Source of the DNA: Chrysemys picta bellii
Lineage: Eukaryota
Length of the DNA: 63,862 bases
Direction of reading: 5' to 3'
Assembly: GCF_011386835.1 (NCBI RefSeq)
Contig: NC_088807.1
Coordinates: 19,406,139 to 19,470,000 of the forward strand
This document shows positions 1 through 12,400 of this stretch, piece after piece; within the stretch, counting starts at the first letter, position 1, and the number at the start of each line of letters is the position of its first letter. The translations under genes were made by a program, and so were the position numbers. The notes under the pieces were generated by a model, which was not told the origin of the DNA, searched no databases, and worked only from the letters and a program-made list of their open reading frames with translations.

Positions 1-420
1 ATGGATGGGTGGGTAGGTAGCTGGGTTAGTCGGTGGGTGGATGGGTAGCTGGGTGGGTGGATAGGTCGGTGGATGGATGGATGGGTGGGTAGGTAGGTCA
101 GTGGGTGGGTGGATGGGTGGGTAGGTGGGTAGGTAGGTGGACGGATGGATGGATGGGTTGGTAGGTAGGTAGGTGGGTGGATGGGTAGCTGGGTGGGTGG
201 GTGGATGGGAGGTAGGTCAGTGGGTGGATGGGTGGGTGGGTAGGTAGCTGGGTCGGTGGGTGGATGGGTAGATGGGTCGGTGGGTAGGTCGGTGGGTGGA
301 TGGGTGGGTAGGTAGATTAGTGGGTGTACGGATGGATGGGTGGGTAGGTAGCTGGGTCGGTCGGTCGGTGGGTGGATGGGTAGCTGGGTGGGTGGATAGG
401 TCGGTGGATGGACGGACAGA
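1..420. repeat. Degenerate (GGTG/GGAT/GGTA)n simple repeat, intronic
   Basis: Continuous ggtg/ggat/gtag units from the window start; ORF 272..460 is a by-product. Confidence 0.95.
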
Positions 421-597
421 TGGAAGTTATGTGGAGGGGGCAGCAGGTACCTGGCTGTAGGGAAGAGGCTGGGGGTGGATAGGAAGAGGTGGGGAGCACA
501 GGGCTGGGTAGTTGGGGAGCGTGGGGGGCTGTGGCTGGGGCGTACCACTCCCTGGCCCTTGGGCTCACCCCACTTCCCCCCCCCACGCTGCCCGCAG

Positions 598-925
598 CAT
601 GGCCTGGCTCTCGTTCACGCTCTGCATGTCGGCCGCGGTGCTGACCCTCAACACCTACACCAAGACCCTGCTGGAGTTCCAGCACCGCCGGCGGATCTGC
701 GAGCAGCAGAGCCAGCGCGGGCCGCGCTCCCCCAGCCTGGCGCCCGAATTCCAGCGCTTCCTGTGGGACAAGTACGTCTTCAGCGTCAGTGACTCGCTGG
801 ACTTCTCCCCTGGCCGCTCCCGCCCCACCGCTGGGGGGCGCAAGGGCCGCGGGGGGGGCTACGCCGGCCTGGCCGGGGGGCGCTGCGGGGATGCCGGCGA
901 CCCAGACGATGGCGAACCCTGCTAG
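598..925 (+). CDS. Last coding exon of a GSG1-family (claudin/PMP22-like, germ cell-specific gene 1-like) tetraspan protein; 5' exons lie upstream of the window
   Basis: Pyrimidine-rich acceptor cccgcag|C at 597/598 (phase 2). It translates MAWLSFTLCMSAAVLTLNTYTKTLLEFQHRRRICEQ...FSVSDSLDF...DDGEPC*. This matches my recall of the TM4 region of GSG1 ([21 protein letters not shown]...SVSEGVDF...EEQC) and GSG1L ([31 protein letters not shown]). AATAAA at 2656-2661. Confidence 0.8.
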
Positions 926-1059
926 GGGGTGGGGGGAATCGACCCACACAATTCCCCTCCCCCATTCATGCCCCCTTCCTCCTCCCCAATCCATGTCCCT
1001 TTCCCTCCTCCCACAATCCCCTCCCCAATGGGGAAACTGGGCAGGTGGTGCAGGGCAAG

Positions 1060-1470
1060 GCAGCCCCAGGGTCAGAGACCCTTAGTGGGGATGGCGGGTG
1101 GCGAAGGCCGGGGAAGCCTGAGGGTCAGAGACCTCTAGTGGGGACAGGGCGGTGCAGGCTGGGGAAGCCCCAGGGTCACAGGCCGGGGCAGCCCCAGGGT
1201 CAGAGACCCCTAGTGGCGGTGGGGACGCCGGGCGGCGCAGACCAGGGAAGCCCCAGGGTCAGAGACCCCTAGTGGGGACGCTGGGCGGCGCAGACCAGGG
1301 AAGCCCCAGGGTCAGAGACCCCTAGTGGGGACGCCGGGCGGCTAGGCCGGGGCAGCCCCAGGGTTCAGAGAACCCTAGTGGGGACGCCGGGCGGCACAGG
1401 GCAAGGCAGCCCTAGGGTCAGAGACCCCTAGTGGGGACGCCGGGTGGTGCAGACCGGGGAAGCCCCAGGG
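1060..1470. repeat. ~53-bp GC-rich minisatellite (~8 copies)
   Basis: Unit CAGGGTCAGAGACCCCTAGTGGGGACGCCGGGCGGCGCAGACCAGGGAAGCCC repeated with variants. Confidence 0.9.
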
Positions 1471-2938
1471 TACCTTTGGTCCCAGCAGCCTCAGTCCAGA
1501 ACCGGGAGTGATCCTGGTTCCAGCCTCGGGCCCCACAGCAGGAACCGAGCGGGGGAGACTCAGCCTGGTGGTGGCAGCGAGGGGCTCACACGGGGGCGGG
1601 GGGATGTAATGACCGGAAGCTGGAGTTGGGGAGCGAGGCATCTCCGGGCCGCCCAGGGGCCATCACTGGGGGGGGGGGCAACAAGGGGGAGAAATGGCCC
1701 CCTGGGTCCTGCTGGTGTCACCCCCCCCCGGGAATTCCTGTGGGGTCACCGTGACATCGAGTGGCTATGTGGGGAGCAGGCATAGCTGTGCCGGTGCCCC
1801 TCACTCCCGACCCGCAGCTCCCTGCTAGCCCAGCCCTGGGCTTCCCCCCCACCAGCTCTGCCAGTGCCCCTCACTCCCAACCTGCAGCCCCTGTTAGCCC
1901 AGCCTTGGTGCCCCTCAAGCCCCAAACACCCCCCACCCCCAGGTCTCCTGATGCATGTGGGAAGGGTGTATAATTGCTGCTTGGTTCTGATACAGCAGCT
2001 CCCATCTGGGGAGATCAGAGGTCGTAACACTCCGTGTGATTAAAGAAATTAAGAATTAATCAGCACCAGCTTGGTTCTTCCGGCGAGAGCGGAGGGGGGA
2101 AGCGGGCGCTGTGCCAGCCTGGAGTCGGGAGCTACGCGGCAAAGGCGGCCACCAGGGCCTTTTCCAGCAGCCTGGCAGCCTCTTGGGGGCAACACCTCAG
2201 CCCCTCGCTCCCTGCTGCTCCTGGGTGCATTGTCCTGCCCCACTCTGGAGACCGATGGGGCCAAACGCTGCAGGAGCAAAGGGACTTCTCGCCTCACCTT
2301 GGGTGTGCTGGGGGGCTCAGGTTTCAGTTCTGGGGTGGTTGAGTGGCAGGCTCCAGCCGTGGGGCTCCGGGCACCGACCCACCGCTCTGGGCTCCGTCCA
2401 CGCTCTCTGGCCCCTGTCTGTGTAGCGGTGGGACTCACCCCCCCCATCACCCCTGGCCCCTACTGCCTCCCCCTCCGACCACCCCCATCCACGGCTTCAT
2501 TTGTCCTGGGGCTTGCTGAGAAAAGTGATATTAACAAAGATACAAAGATCACTTTTTGCAGCATTATTTTTATTATTGAGTCTGCAAAAAGCAAAACAAC
2601 CCAATCCCCCCCCCCCACACCCAACAAAACAACCCTCCCACCCCCACCCTACATAAATAAAGGACAATGATTTGGACGGGTACATGTGCATATTGGTTTG
2701 TGTTTCCTAAAGTTCACTATTTTAGGGGAAAGAGTCAGTGCGGCCCCCAGTGAGAGAACCCAGGAGTCCTGGCTCCCAGCCCCCACCCCGAGGTAACCAC
2801 TAGACCCCACTTCCCTCCCAGAGCCAGGGAGAGAACCCAGGAGTCCGAGCGCTGGGGCGGGAGGGCGGGAGCTCCGGGAGGAGGAGCGAGGGGTGGGGAA
2901 AGCGGAAACCGCTTCCTCATTCAAAAGTCCCCTCGGCC

Positions 2939-3438
2939 NNNNNNNNNNNNNNNNNNNNNNNNNNNNNNNNNNNNNNNNNNNNNNNNNNNNNNNNNNNNNN
3001 NNNNNNNNNNNNNNNNNNNNNNNNNNNNNNNNNNNNNNNNNNNNNNNNNNNNNNNNNNNNNNNNNNNNNNNNNNNNNNNNNNNNNNNNNNNNNNNNNNNN
3101 NNNNNNNNNNNNNNNNNNNNNNNNNNNNNNNNNNNNNNNNNNNNNNNNNNNNNNNNNNNNNNNNNNNNNNNNNNNNNNNNNNNNNNNNNNNNNNNNNNNN
3201 NNNNNNNNNNNNNNNNNNNNNNNNNNNNNNNNNNNNNNNNNNNNNNNNNNNNNNNNNNNNNNNNNNNNNNNNNNNNNNNNNNNNNNNNNNNNNNNNNNNN
3301 NNNNNNNNNNNNNNNNNNNNNNNNNNNNNNNNNNNNNNNNNNNNNNNNNNNNNNNNNNNNNNNNNNNNNNNNNNNNNNNNNNNNNNNNNNNNNNNNNNNN
3401 NNNNNNNNNNNNNNNNNNNNNNNNNNNNNNNNNNNNNN
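2939..3438. other. Assembly gap (500 N)
   Basis: Run of N. Confidence 1.
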
Positions 3439-3484
3439 TGCGGGCCGCTCTGGGCTCACAGAGGTACTTGCTTCTCACATGCAG

Positions 3485-6400
3485 GCTTCGTGCCGCTTCC
3501 CTTCTTCCTCCGGCATGACTCCCCAATGTCCTGGGACCTCTGCGCCCCTATCCCGGCTGCCGAGAGCCTGGACTCGTGGGAGAGCAGCTTGCTGTGGGAT
3601 GGAGGGTCTCTGGTCATCGCCAATTCTTCCCAGGGGCAGCCGGGGACACCAGGGGGAGGTAAGGAGGGATTGAACTTGGGATCTTTGGCACCAAGAGCAC
3701 AGGGCTTTGCCACTGGAGCTAAAGGAGGAGGTCTAGCGGCCGCTAGCAGTAGGAGGCTGTTATCCTGGCAGCAAAGGGGCATGTGATGCATTTGGCCACA
3801 GACAGCACCGTCCACACCAATTACCAAGCTCAACCAGTTTTGAGCTTTAATATGCACACGTTAGGACAATATGTTACTACTTTAATTAAGCATAAAAAGG
3901 AAATAAGGCCGATAGAGCAGGGCAGCGTGACGATAAATTATTCAGCCTTAGGGCACAGGTAGCTGGTGCTGTTGGTGTTAGATTGAAGCCGGTCCAATCT
4001 GGTGTAAGTCTTATGTTGATTTATTCCCCTTTGGTCAAACCCACCGTTTTTATCCCCCGTGTCTTGTGACATGAGGCAGGCGCAGATCACTGAAACGGCT
4101 GTCTCCACCAACATATCTTAAATATAATTCCATACATGCCAGCGTAAAATTCTTTGAACGGCTGCGTTTTTTCCCTTAGTTGGCTAAACCGTTGCTTGGT
4201 ACCTTTTTTATTTATTTTCACTATTACGATTCGTCTTAATGAACGCTGGGTTTTCATTGCGTTCATGTGTCTTCCTGCGTCTTACGACAGGTTGTGTTGG
4301 CTTTTCCTCTTGGCGTCGCTGCGTGTCCAGCGTGTTTCGTGCTCCCTCGTCTGTTTTACCAGGGAGGTGGAGGTCTGGCTAGTGAATCCCCCATTTGGCT
4401 TTTGCCCTGTTATCTCTGCAGGCCAAGGTGACACAAACCAACTTTCTGATTTGTATTTTTGTTACAAGTTTTGAAAGCTGAAAAATTCCCTTTGGTGTTT
4501 TCTTAGAACACTGTTAAATAGAGAAGAGTTACATTTTCCACATTATTTAATAGAGTTAATTACACGTCTCTTTCCCCCCCTCTCTTTCTCCTTTTCCCTT
4601 TTTTTTTGTCTCTGGTTTTTCTCCTCTTTTTCCCCCCCCTCCTTTCTCTAACCTTCCCTCTTTTCGCTTCCCAGCTGGCTCCATCTCCCCACAGCCACCT
4701 CTGGATCTCTCCGGGTTTCCTTTGGCCGAGCCCTGGGACGTCCTCTCGCCGGATGCCCCCGCTGACGCAGCCCCCGATTTCGTTCACCCCCTGGTGACGG
4801 CTGCTCACCTGGATCCTGGTGCGCCGTGGTTGATGTCAAGGATAAATCCAGGTGACGTCTGGGGTGGGGGGTCGCTGCTTTTGCCTGCCCTGGGGAATTG
4901 TGGGTAGCTGGGATCCTGGTGTTGTGTGTCTCTGGGTCTCGGCCTGGGCTGGATCAGACACAGAGGCTAAGCTCCCACCGCTCCTCTGTAGGGAGGCAGA
5001 TGGTGTCCCAGTGCATGCTCTGAAATTCTGGCCAACTGCATGTTAGCCTTGTCCGTACCCTACTGCCTAGCCATGTCTGCCCCCGTGCATGCTGGGAAAA
5101 CCTGGCCAATGGCCTGTCCATATCCTACCACCCAGCCATCTCTGCCCCAGGGCATGCAGGGAAAATGTGGCCAATGGCCTGTCCATATCCTACCACCCAG
5201 CCACCTCTGCCCCAGGGCATGCAGGGAAAATGTGGCCAATGGCCTGTCCATATCCTACCACCCAGCCATCTCTGCCCCAGGGCATGCAGGGAAAATGTGG
5301 CCAACGGCCTGTCCAAACTCTACCACCCAGCCATCACTGCCATGGAAGATTTGGACAGAAACGACTGTTTTTGGTTTTTTTTCTCTTGGGTAAAAGTGAC
5401 TCGTTCTCATTTTTTACAAAAATGACTTTTTTTTTCTGTTTTGTTGCCAAAATGACTCTTTCTTTTACCTTTGAGTTTTCTATTTTTTCTTGTTGTTGCT
5501 TTTCTCTTTTATCTCCTTCCTTTCTTCTGTTTCTTTCCTTTTTTTTTACCACCTTCCCCCCCTCTTCTCTTTCCAGCTGGATCTACCCCCACTCCACCAC
5601 TTCTGGATCCCGCTGGTTTTCCTTTGCCCGAGCTCTGGACCGGGCCCCACATGGACGCCCCTCCTGACGCAGCTTCCGATTCCGCTCTGCCCCCCGTGGC
5701 TGCTGCCTGCCTGGACGTACCCGCAGATGTACCCCCGACATCAATGACAAATCCAGGTGAGGCCCCAGGGGAAGGTAGGCGCTGCCCACCCTGGAGGACT
5801 CTGTGTAGTTAGGATCCTGCATGTTATGAGTTGCTGATTCTCGGTCCGGTTAGAACAGGCTGAGCAGAGAGGCCGAGGGCTGGACCGGATCCAGAGGCTG
5901 CTCCCTCCATGCCCCTCCCTAAGGAGGCAGGCGCTGCCCCAGTGCACCCCGGGAAAACCGGGCCAACGGCCTGTCCATGTCCTACCGCCCAGCCGTCTCT
6001 GCCCCAGTGCATGCTGGGAAAACCTGGCCAATGGCCTGTCTGTATCCTGCTGCCCAGTATCTCTCATGGCGTCTCTGTCTTGCCAGACGTCACAGACCCC
6101 CTGCCGCTACTCTGCAGCACCCTGGGCTACTTCCCCAATGGTCTGCGGGTCTTCAGCCTGCAGAAGGCCATGTGGCTGAGGCACGGGGTGAACCTGGAGG
6201 CATTCAGCCAGCAACAGGGATATCTGAGCACCCTGGACTATCTGACCAGGCTGCGTGGGATCAGGCTACAGGGCTGGAGAGAGGGGAAAAGTGTCTCGTT
6301 AAGCTTCTAAAAGATGAGGCGAGAGGGATGGGGCTCCATGCGTCAGGGCTGAACTGGTCTTGATTAACGACGAGGACCAATGGGTATCTTGCACCTTCCT

Positions 6401-9400
6401 CTGAGGCTCATTAGAGTGTATTGTCTTGGGCTGACCCAGGACACTTTCTGGGCTTAACCGAGGTGTCCTGGGTGAATTGCTACCACCTGGTGGCAGGATG
6501 AGGGACTCTTGTCTGTGATGTAGTTAGGTCGACACGGTGTCAGTGTAGACGCCGGGTTGCTCAAGTCATGTTACCGGCTTTCAGGTAGGGTGACCAGATG
6601 TCCCGATTTTATAGGGACAGTCCTGATATTTAGGAATTTTTCTTATATCGGTACCTATTACCCCCCACCCCCGTCCCGATTTTTCACACTTTCTATCTGG
6701 TCACCCTACTTTCAGGAGCCGTCCCACTATGCCCCACGCCGACAGTACAATGGATGCAAGCTTTCCTGACCGGGACGCGCACTGCTGACACAGCTGTGTG
6801 CTGACAGAATTACGTCATGTAGACGTGGCCTTAGAGGCATCTAGAGTCAAACCAAATTGAAGTTTATTTAACGGCGCTTGAGACCGATTCAAAGAAGGGT
6901 TGGCCAACATAAGGTTGCAGGGGAAAGTAAAACAGAACACGCCATCTTCAGCTTCTAGTTTATTAACAAGTTCCTTCCCTCTCTCCTGAGGTATTTCTCA
7001 CCCAAAGGTCGGTCCATATAACGCTTGTCCGGCTCGGAGAGCTGGGATTTCATGAGGCACTCATGCTGGCAAAATATCTCCTCTGGAACGATACCATCTT
7101 GTGCCCATTTCTTTTTCTCTTGTAGGATGGGGTGTGTCTACGTTTGAAACTCTACAATGCTTCAGGGAGGTGTCCTCACACCCCTGAGCTATGCAGTTAA
7201 GCGGACAGTTTTCTTGCCCTACAGTCTCATTCATTATCTTTTCATTTCATTATCTTCAGCTCAGCCCAGAGGGTCTCCTATTCAGAGTCTTTTCTTGGGG
7301 GTTCTTTTCTTTGTAAACGCTTAGGTGCGTACCTGCTCCAGCCTGTAAACCCAGCAGGGCTGGGTGGAAAGATACTTGATTGTTCTCATTCTCAACTGAG
7401 TTAGCCGAGACCCGCCCTGCCTCGGGGGACATGCTTCATCTCCAGCAGTTTCAGAACATAATATCCTACGTTTTAGGTATCACTTAAACTCCTTCCTGTA
7501 CAAACACCTCACGCTAGCCACAAGGATCGGCCAGCCCTTAGCTTTCAGCCCCCTTCGGTGACGTCTCAGGAGGGTGGCCAGAAGCAGGTGTAATATACCT
7601 GTCTGGGCACGTCCGCGTCACGCTCCCCAGCGACGTGGCATCTCCCACAGTGCAGCCTCCTATCCCCAAGAGCGGGGACCCTGGTGCACTGTGGGAGATG
7701 CAGTCCAATCAGGGAGGCTCTGCTGTAGGGTAGAATCGGGGGGGCATAACGCACCCCGGCGACTTTTCTGAATGGAAACATTTTGTTTTTTTAATGAAAA
7801 CTTGAAATTTTCCGTGGAAGATTTGGACAGAAACGACTGGCTTTGGTCTTTTTCTCTTGGGTAAAAGTGACTTGTTCTCATTTTTTACAAAAATGATTTT
7901 TTTTCCTGTTGTTATGTTGCCAAAATGACTCTTTTTACCCTCGAGTTTTCTCTTTTGTTGTTGTTGTTTCTCTTCTCTTTTATTTCCTTCCTTCCTTCTG
8001 TTTCTTTCTTTCTTTTTTTACCACCTTCCCCCCTCTTCTCTTCCCAGCTGGATCTACGCCCACTCCACCACCTCTGGATTCTGTTGGTTTTCCTTCGCCC
8101 GAGCTCTGGACCGGGCCCCACATGGACGCCCCTCCTGATGCAGCCCCCGATCCCACTCTGCCCCCCGTGGCTACTGCCTGCCTGGATCCCGCAGACGTAC
8201 CCCCGACATCAATGACAAATCCAGGTGAGGCCCCAGGGGAAGGTAGGCGCTGCCCACCCTGGAGGACTCTGGGTAGTTAGGATCCTGCATGTTATGAGTT
8301 GCTGATTCTCGGTCCAGTTAGAACAGGTTCAGCAGAGAGGCCGAGGGCTGGACCGGATCCAAAGGCTGCTCCCTCCATGCCCCTCCCTAAGGAGGCAGGC
8401 GCTGCCCCAGGGCATGCTGGGAAAATGTGGCCAATGGCCTGTCCATACCCTACCACCCAGCCGTCACTGCCATGGTGCATGCTGGGAAAACCTGGCCAAT
8501 GTCCACACATTGTCTCTCTGGGTGGTGCTCTCCAAGGGCATAGGTTTGGGGTCTTGTGGGCGGGAGGGGCTCCCCTTCCCGTTGCTCAGCACCGCCGTCT
8601 CCCTCCCTCCGTGCAGACTTGGGTGAAGTCTTGACCCACGTCTCTCACACTCTGAGATGCCACCCCAAGGGTATGAGGGTGAAGCCGCTGACGAAGAGGC
8701 TGCGGAAGGAGCATGGGGTGGACCTGTTGGCATTCAGCCAGGACGGGGGGTACCAGGGAGTCGTGTCCTTCCTGCAGGAGATGCCGGGTATCGAACTCTG
8801 GAACCCCGAGAAGGGAGAGAAGTGTCGTGTCCTGAGCTGTACCTTTAAGAAGAGTGAGTGGGGAGATGGTTTCTTGTAGGGCTGCCCCAGCCCGGCCCCC
8901 TTCCTGAATGTGGAGAGAGCCCCTGGCCAATGGCACACTGGCCTCTCCGCACCCAGCTGTGTCTCCCCCAGTGCATGCTGGGGAAACATGGCCAATGGCC
9001 TGTCTGTATCCTGCTGCCCAGTATCTCTCATGGTGTCTCTGTCTTGCCAGACGTCACAGACCCCCTGCCGCTGCTCTGCAGCACCCTGGGCTCCTTCCCC
9101 AATGGCCTGCGGGTCTTCAGTCTGAGGAAGGCCATGTGGCAGAGGCACGGGGTGAACTTGGAGGAATTCAGCCAGCAACAGGGATATCTGAGCACCCTGG
9201 ACTATCTGACCAGGCTGCGTGGGATCAGGCTGCAGGGGCTGGAGAGAGGGGAAAAGTGTCTTGTCCAGCTTCAGAAGGGTGAGGAGAGAGGGATACGGTC
9301 CAGGCGTCAGGGCTGAACTGGTCTTAGGTAGGATGAGGGCAGGTTATCCCACTGCTCACACCAATGGACATCCCGCATCTTCCTCTGAGGCCAAATGGAC

Positions 9401-12400
9401 TAGATGGCCCTTTGGGCTTCCTCCCCCATGAGATTTCATCTCCCACAATGCACTGTCCTACTGCCATCATGCACCACCTCCCGCCACCAAGAATAGAGGC
9501 TATGGTGCATTGTGGGAGATGTAGTCCGACCAGGGAGCCTGGGCTGTAGAGGAGAATGGCAGTCACAAGGCATCTGAACCACAACTCCCATGAAGCACCG
9601 CAGTGACTTTTCTAAATTGAAACAGCTCACTGAAAACTTGAAATTTTCTATGGAAAATCTGGAGCACAGTGAGTCCTTTTTGCCTCATGTTTTCTTGACA
9701 AGCGTGACCTCCCCCCCTCCACTTTTTTTTTTTTTTTTTTTTTGAGAAAAGCGACTTTTTTCCCTCACTCTTTTTTGACATCAGCCATTTTTTCTCTGAT
9801 TTTTGACAAAAGCGAGGTTTTTCCCTCCATATTTTTTTTTGACAAAAGTGACATTTTTCCATCTGTTTTCTTGACAAAAGTCACTTTTTTACTTCACATT
9901 GTTTGGCAAAAGCGACCTTTCCCCCCCTCTGTTTTTTTTTTTTTTTTTGAGAAAAGCCGCTCCTTTTTTCTCACATTGTCTTGACCAAAATTACTTTTTT
10001 TCCCCCTTCACGTTTTTTGACACGTGCAATGGTTTTCTCTCGGATTATTAACAAAAGCAATGTTTTCCCACAGCATTTTTTGACAAGAGTCGCTCCTTTC
10101 TTCCTCAGCTTTCTTCACAAACGGCGACTTTCAGTTTCCTCGGGCCTGGTCTACCCGTAAAACGTCGGTCGACGGAGCTGCGGCGTTCAGGGGTGTGAAC
10201 CAACCGCGCTTCTGAGCCCCGCAGCCTCGCTGCCCTGGCCCCGGAGTAGACTTGACTAGGCGGAGGATGAATGTGTCCGTCAATGTGGTTCCCGTTATGC
10301 GGGGAGCGAAGTTCCCCCAGCAAACCCCCGTTCCGGTGCTATAATCGGTGCGGCGGGGTTACAGCCCCGCAGACACGGCCCCATGGCTGCGCTGCTCTGA
10401 CGTCCGTAGTGTAGACGTGGCCTCAGGGTTTTTCGGACAAACTCGAGTTGGTTTTTTTTTCACTCCGATGTTTGACAAAAGCCTCCGTTCCCCACAGTTT
10501 TCTTCACCAAAGGGACTCTGTTAGCGCTTTCTGGGGGGACAGAAATATCTCCCCCCCCCCCCCTTTCTTCTGTTTGTTTTGCAAACGTGATGCTTTTCTC
10601 CTCAGTCTTTTGACCAAAAAATATGGTAGGAAAGGTGGAAGCGGCAGCCGGGCCTGTGCCCATTATGAGGGATAGCCGTGCCCGGTGGTGGGAGCTGGGG
10701 GGGGACGGGACATGCCCAGTGGTGGAAGCTGTGGGGGGAGGGGAACGTGCCCGGTGGCAGGAGCTGGGGGGCAGAGGCGTGCCCGGTGAGGACAGCTGGG
10801 GGGGTGAGGGACGTGTGGGGGCCGGGTGTACTTGTCTTTTCACTCCCACTGTGGTGCTCTTGTTTCTTCTCCCTTCCTTTAGGTGACGCTGTGAAGCCCC
10901 CTGCTCCGCAGCCCCCCCCAGACCCCGCTCCCCCATCGGCCCAGCCCAGCAGCAGCCCCCCGCCCGATGCCCCTGCCGACGGGGGGCCGACGGGAGCCCC
11001 GGGGGAGACGCCCGGTGAGCAGCTCTGCCGGCTTCTCAGTGAGGCCGCCGCGTGTGGGGCGTGAGCCTGGGCGGGGAGGCCGCAGCCCAAGCCAGGCCCC
11101 CCAACGCCACCTCCCATTGTCCCATAGCCTGAGCTCCCGTCTGCCCCCGTGGGGAAGGGCTCTGTGGGGCTCGGCGGCTGGTCTCTTTCCCTCACCCATC
11201 TCTGGGGGGGCTATGGGGCAGGGCACGTTGGAGGGAGATGGCTGGGGGTGTTGGGGGGGGAGTCTGTGGGTCTGTGTCGACGGGGGCTAGGTGTGTGGCA
11301 CCATTGCCATTTGTGGGGGACATCTTCGGGGCTGTTGGGTTCATGTTGGTGGGGGGGCTGGGGTTAGAGGGAGCGGGGTAGGGGGATGTCGGGGAGGCTG
11401 GGGATGCAGGGAGCAGTTTGGTGGGGTAGGTGGTTGTGGGGGGGCTGGGGATGGGGGAGCAGGTTGGTGAGGTGAGGGGTGGGGGGGATGGGGATGGGGG
11501 AGCAGGTTGGGAGCTGTGGGGGGGGCTGGGGATGGAGGGAGCAGGTTGGTGGGGTGTGGGGACTGGGGATGGGGGAGCAGGTTGGTGGGGTGGGGTTCTG
11601 TGAGGGGATGGGGGTGGAGGGAGCAGGCTGTGCGGGCTGTGTGTGTGTGGGGGTGCTGTGGGGATGCCTGTGGCCGGGATACAGGGGGTGGCTGGGGGGA
11701 CACACTGGCAGCGGACTGTGAAGAGTGGGGGGCAGCATGTGGGGTGCTCTCCTGGGCCCTGCCCCCGCTCTGGGGACGCCCGAGGACTCGGGCCCGGGGG
11801 CTGCCGAACAACCCCTCGCCCCCAGGGCCGGGTGCACACGCACAGGGTGCCCCATGACGGGGGGGCTCTCAGCTGGCGCAGGCTCTCACAGCCCCCCCAT
11901 CCCCCCGTCTCGTGGCAGGCTTGGCCGAGGTCTCGGCCTGGGTGCGGGACGTGCTGGGCCGTTTCCCGCTGGGGCTGAAGGTGGGCAAGCTGAAGGAGGC
12001 GCTGCGGAGCGAGCGTGGGCTGGACCTGGAGGAGCTGAGCCGTCTGCGGGGCTGCGGGGACGCCCTGCACCTGCTCCGGGCTCTGCCCCACCTCTGGCTG
12101 CGGGACCCGGGCCAGGGCGACGCCTGCCTGGCCCGGCTGGACGTGGGTAGGTGGGCAAGCGGCTGGGAGGGTGCCGAGCAGCTGGGCGGGAGCTGGGGTG
12201 AGATGCAGCTGGGGCCGTGGAAGGTGTGGGGAGGACGTGGCTTTTTACAGATCCAGACTAACAGGGCTACCCCTCTGACACTTGAGTACTTGTCGCACCT
12301 TAGAGACTAACAAATTTATTTGTGCATAAGCTTTCGTGGGCTAAACCCCACTTCATCGGCTGTATGTAGTGGAAAGTACAGTAAGAAGATATATATCATC

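Noticed and set aside
1060-1470. CRISPR-like appearance of the regular repeats (also 5085-5340, 28630-28980, 48205-48615)
   Set aside because: Eukaryotic intron/UTR context, no cas genes, and the units are tandem or degenerate rather than identical repeats with unique spacers.
1696-1830. ATG GCC CCC TGG (MAPWVLLV...) as the first exon of gene A, by resemblance to gene B MEPWLEVV
   Set aside because: No convincing phase-1 donor before the stop, and the similarity is too short.
2893-3786. Long ORFs spanning the N run
   Set aside because: Artefacts of translating the 500-N gap.
4363-4427. Candidate exon after the ttttaccag acceptor
   Set aside because: The phase-1 frame used by all other gene A exons hits TAG within 7 codons.
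6879-7568. TG...CA-bounded segment as a solo LTR
   Set aside because: No matching target-site duplication, so I cannot support it.
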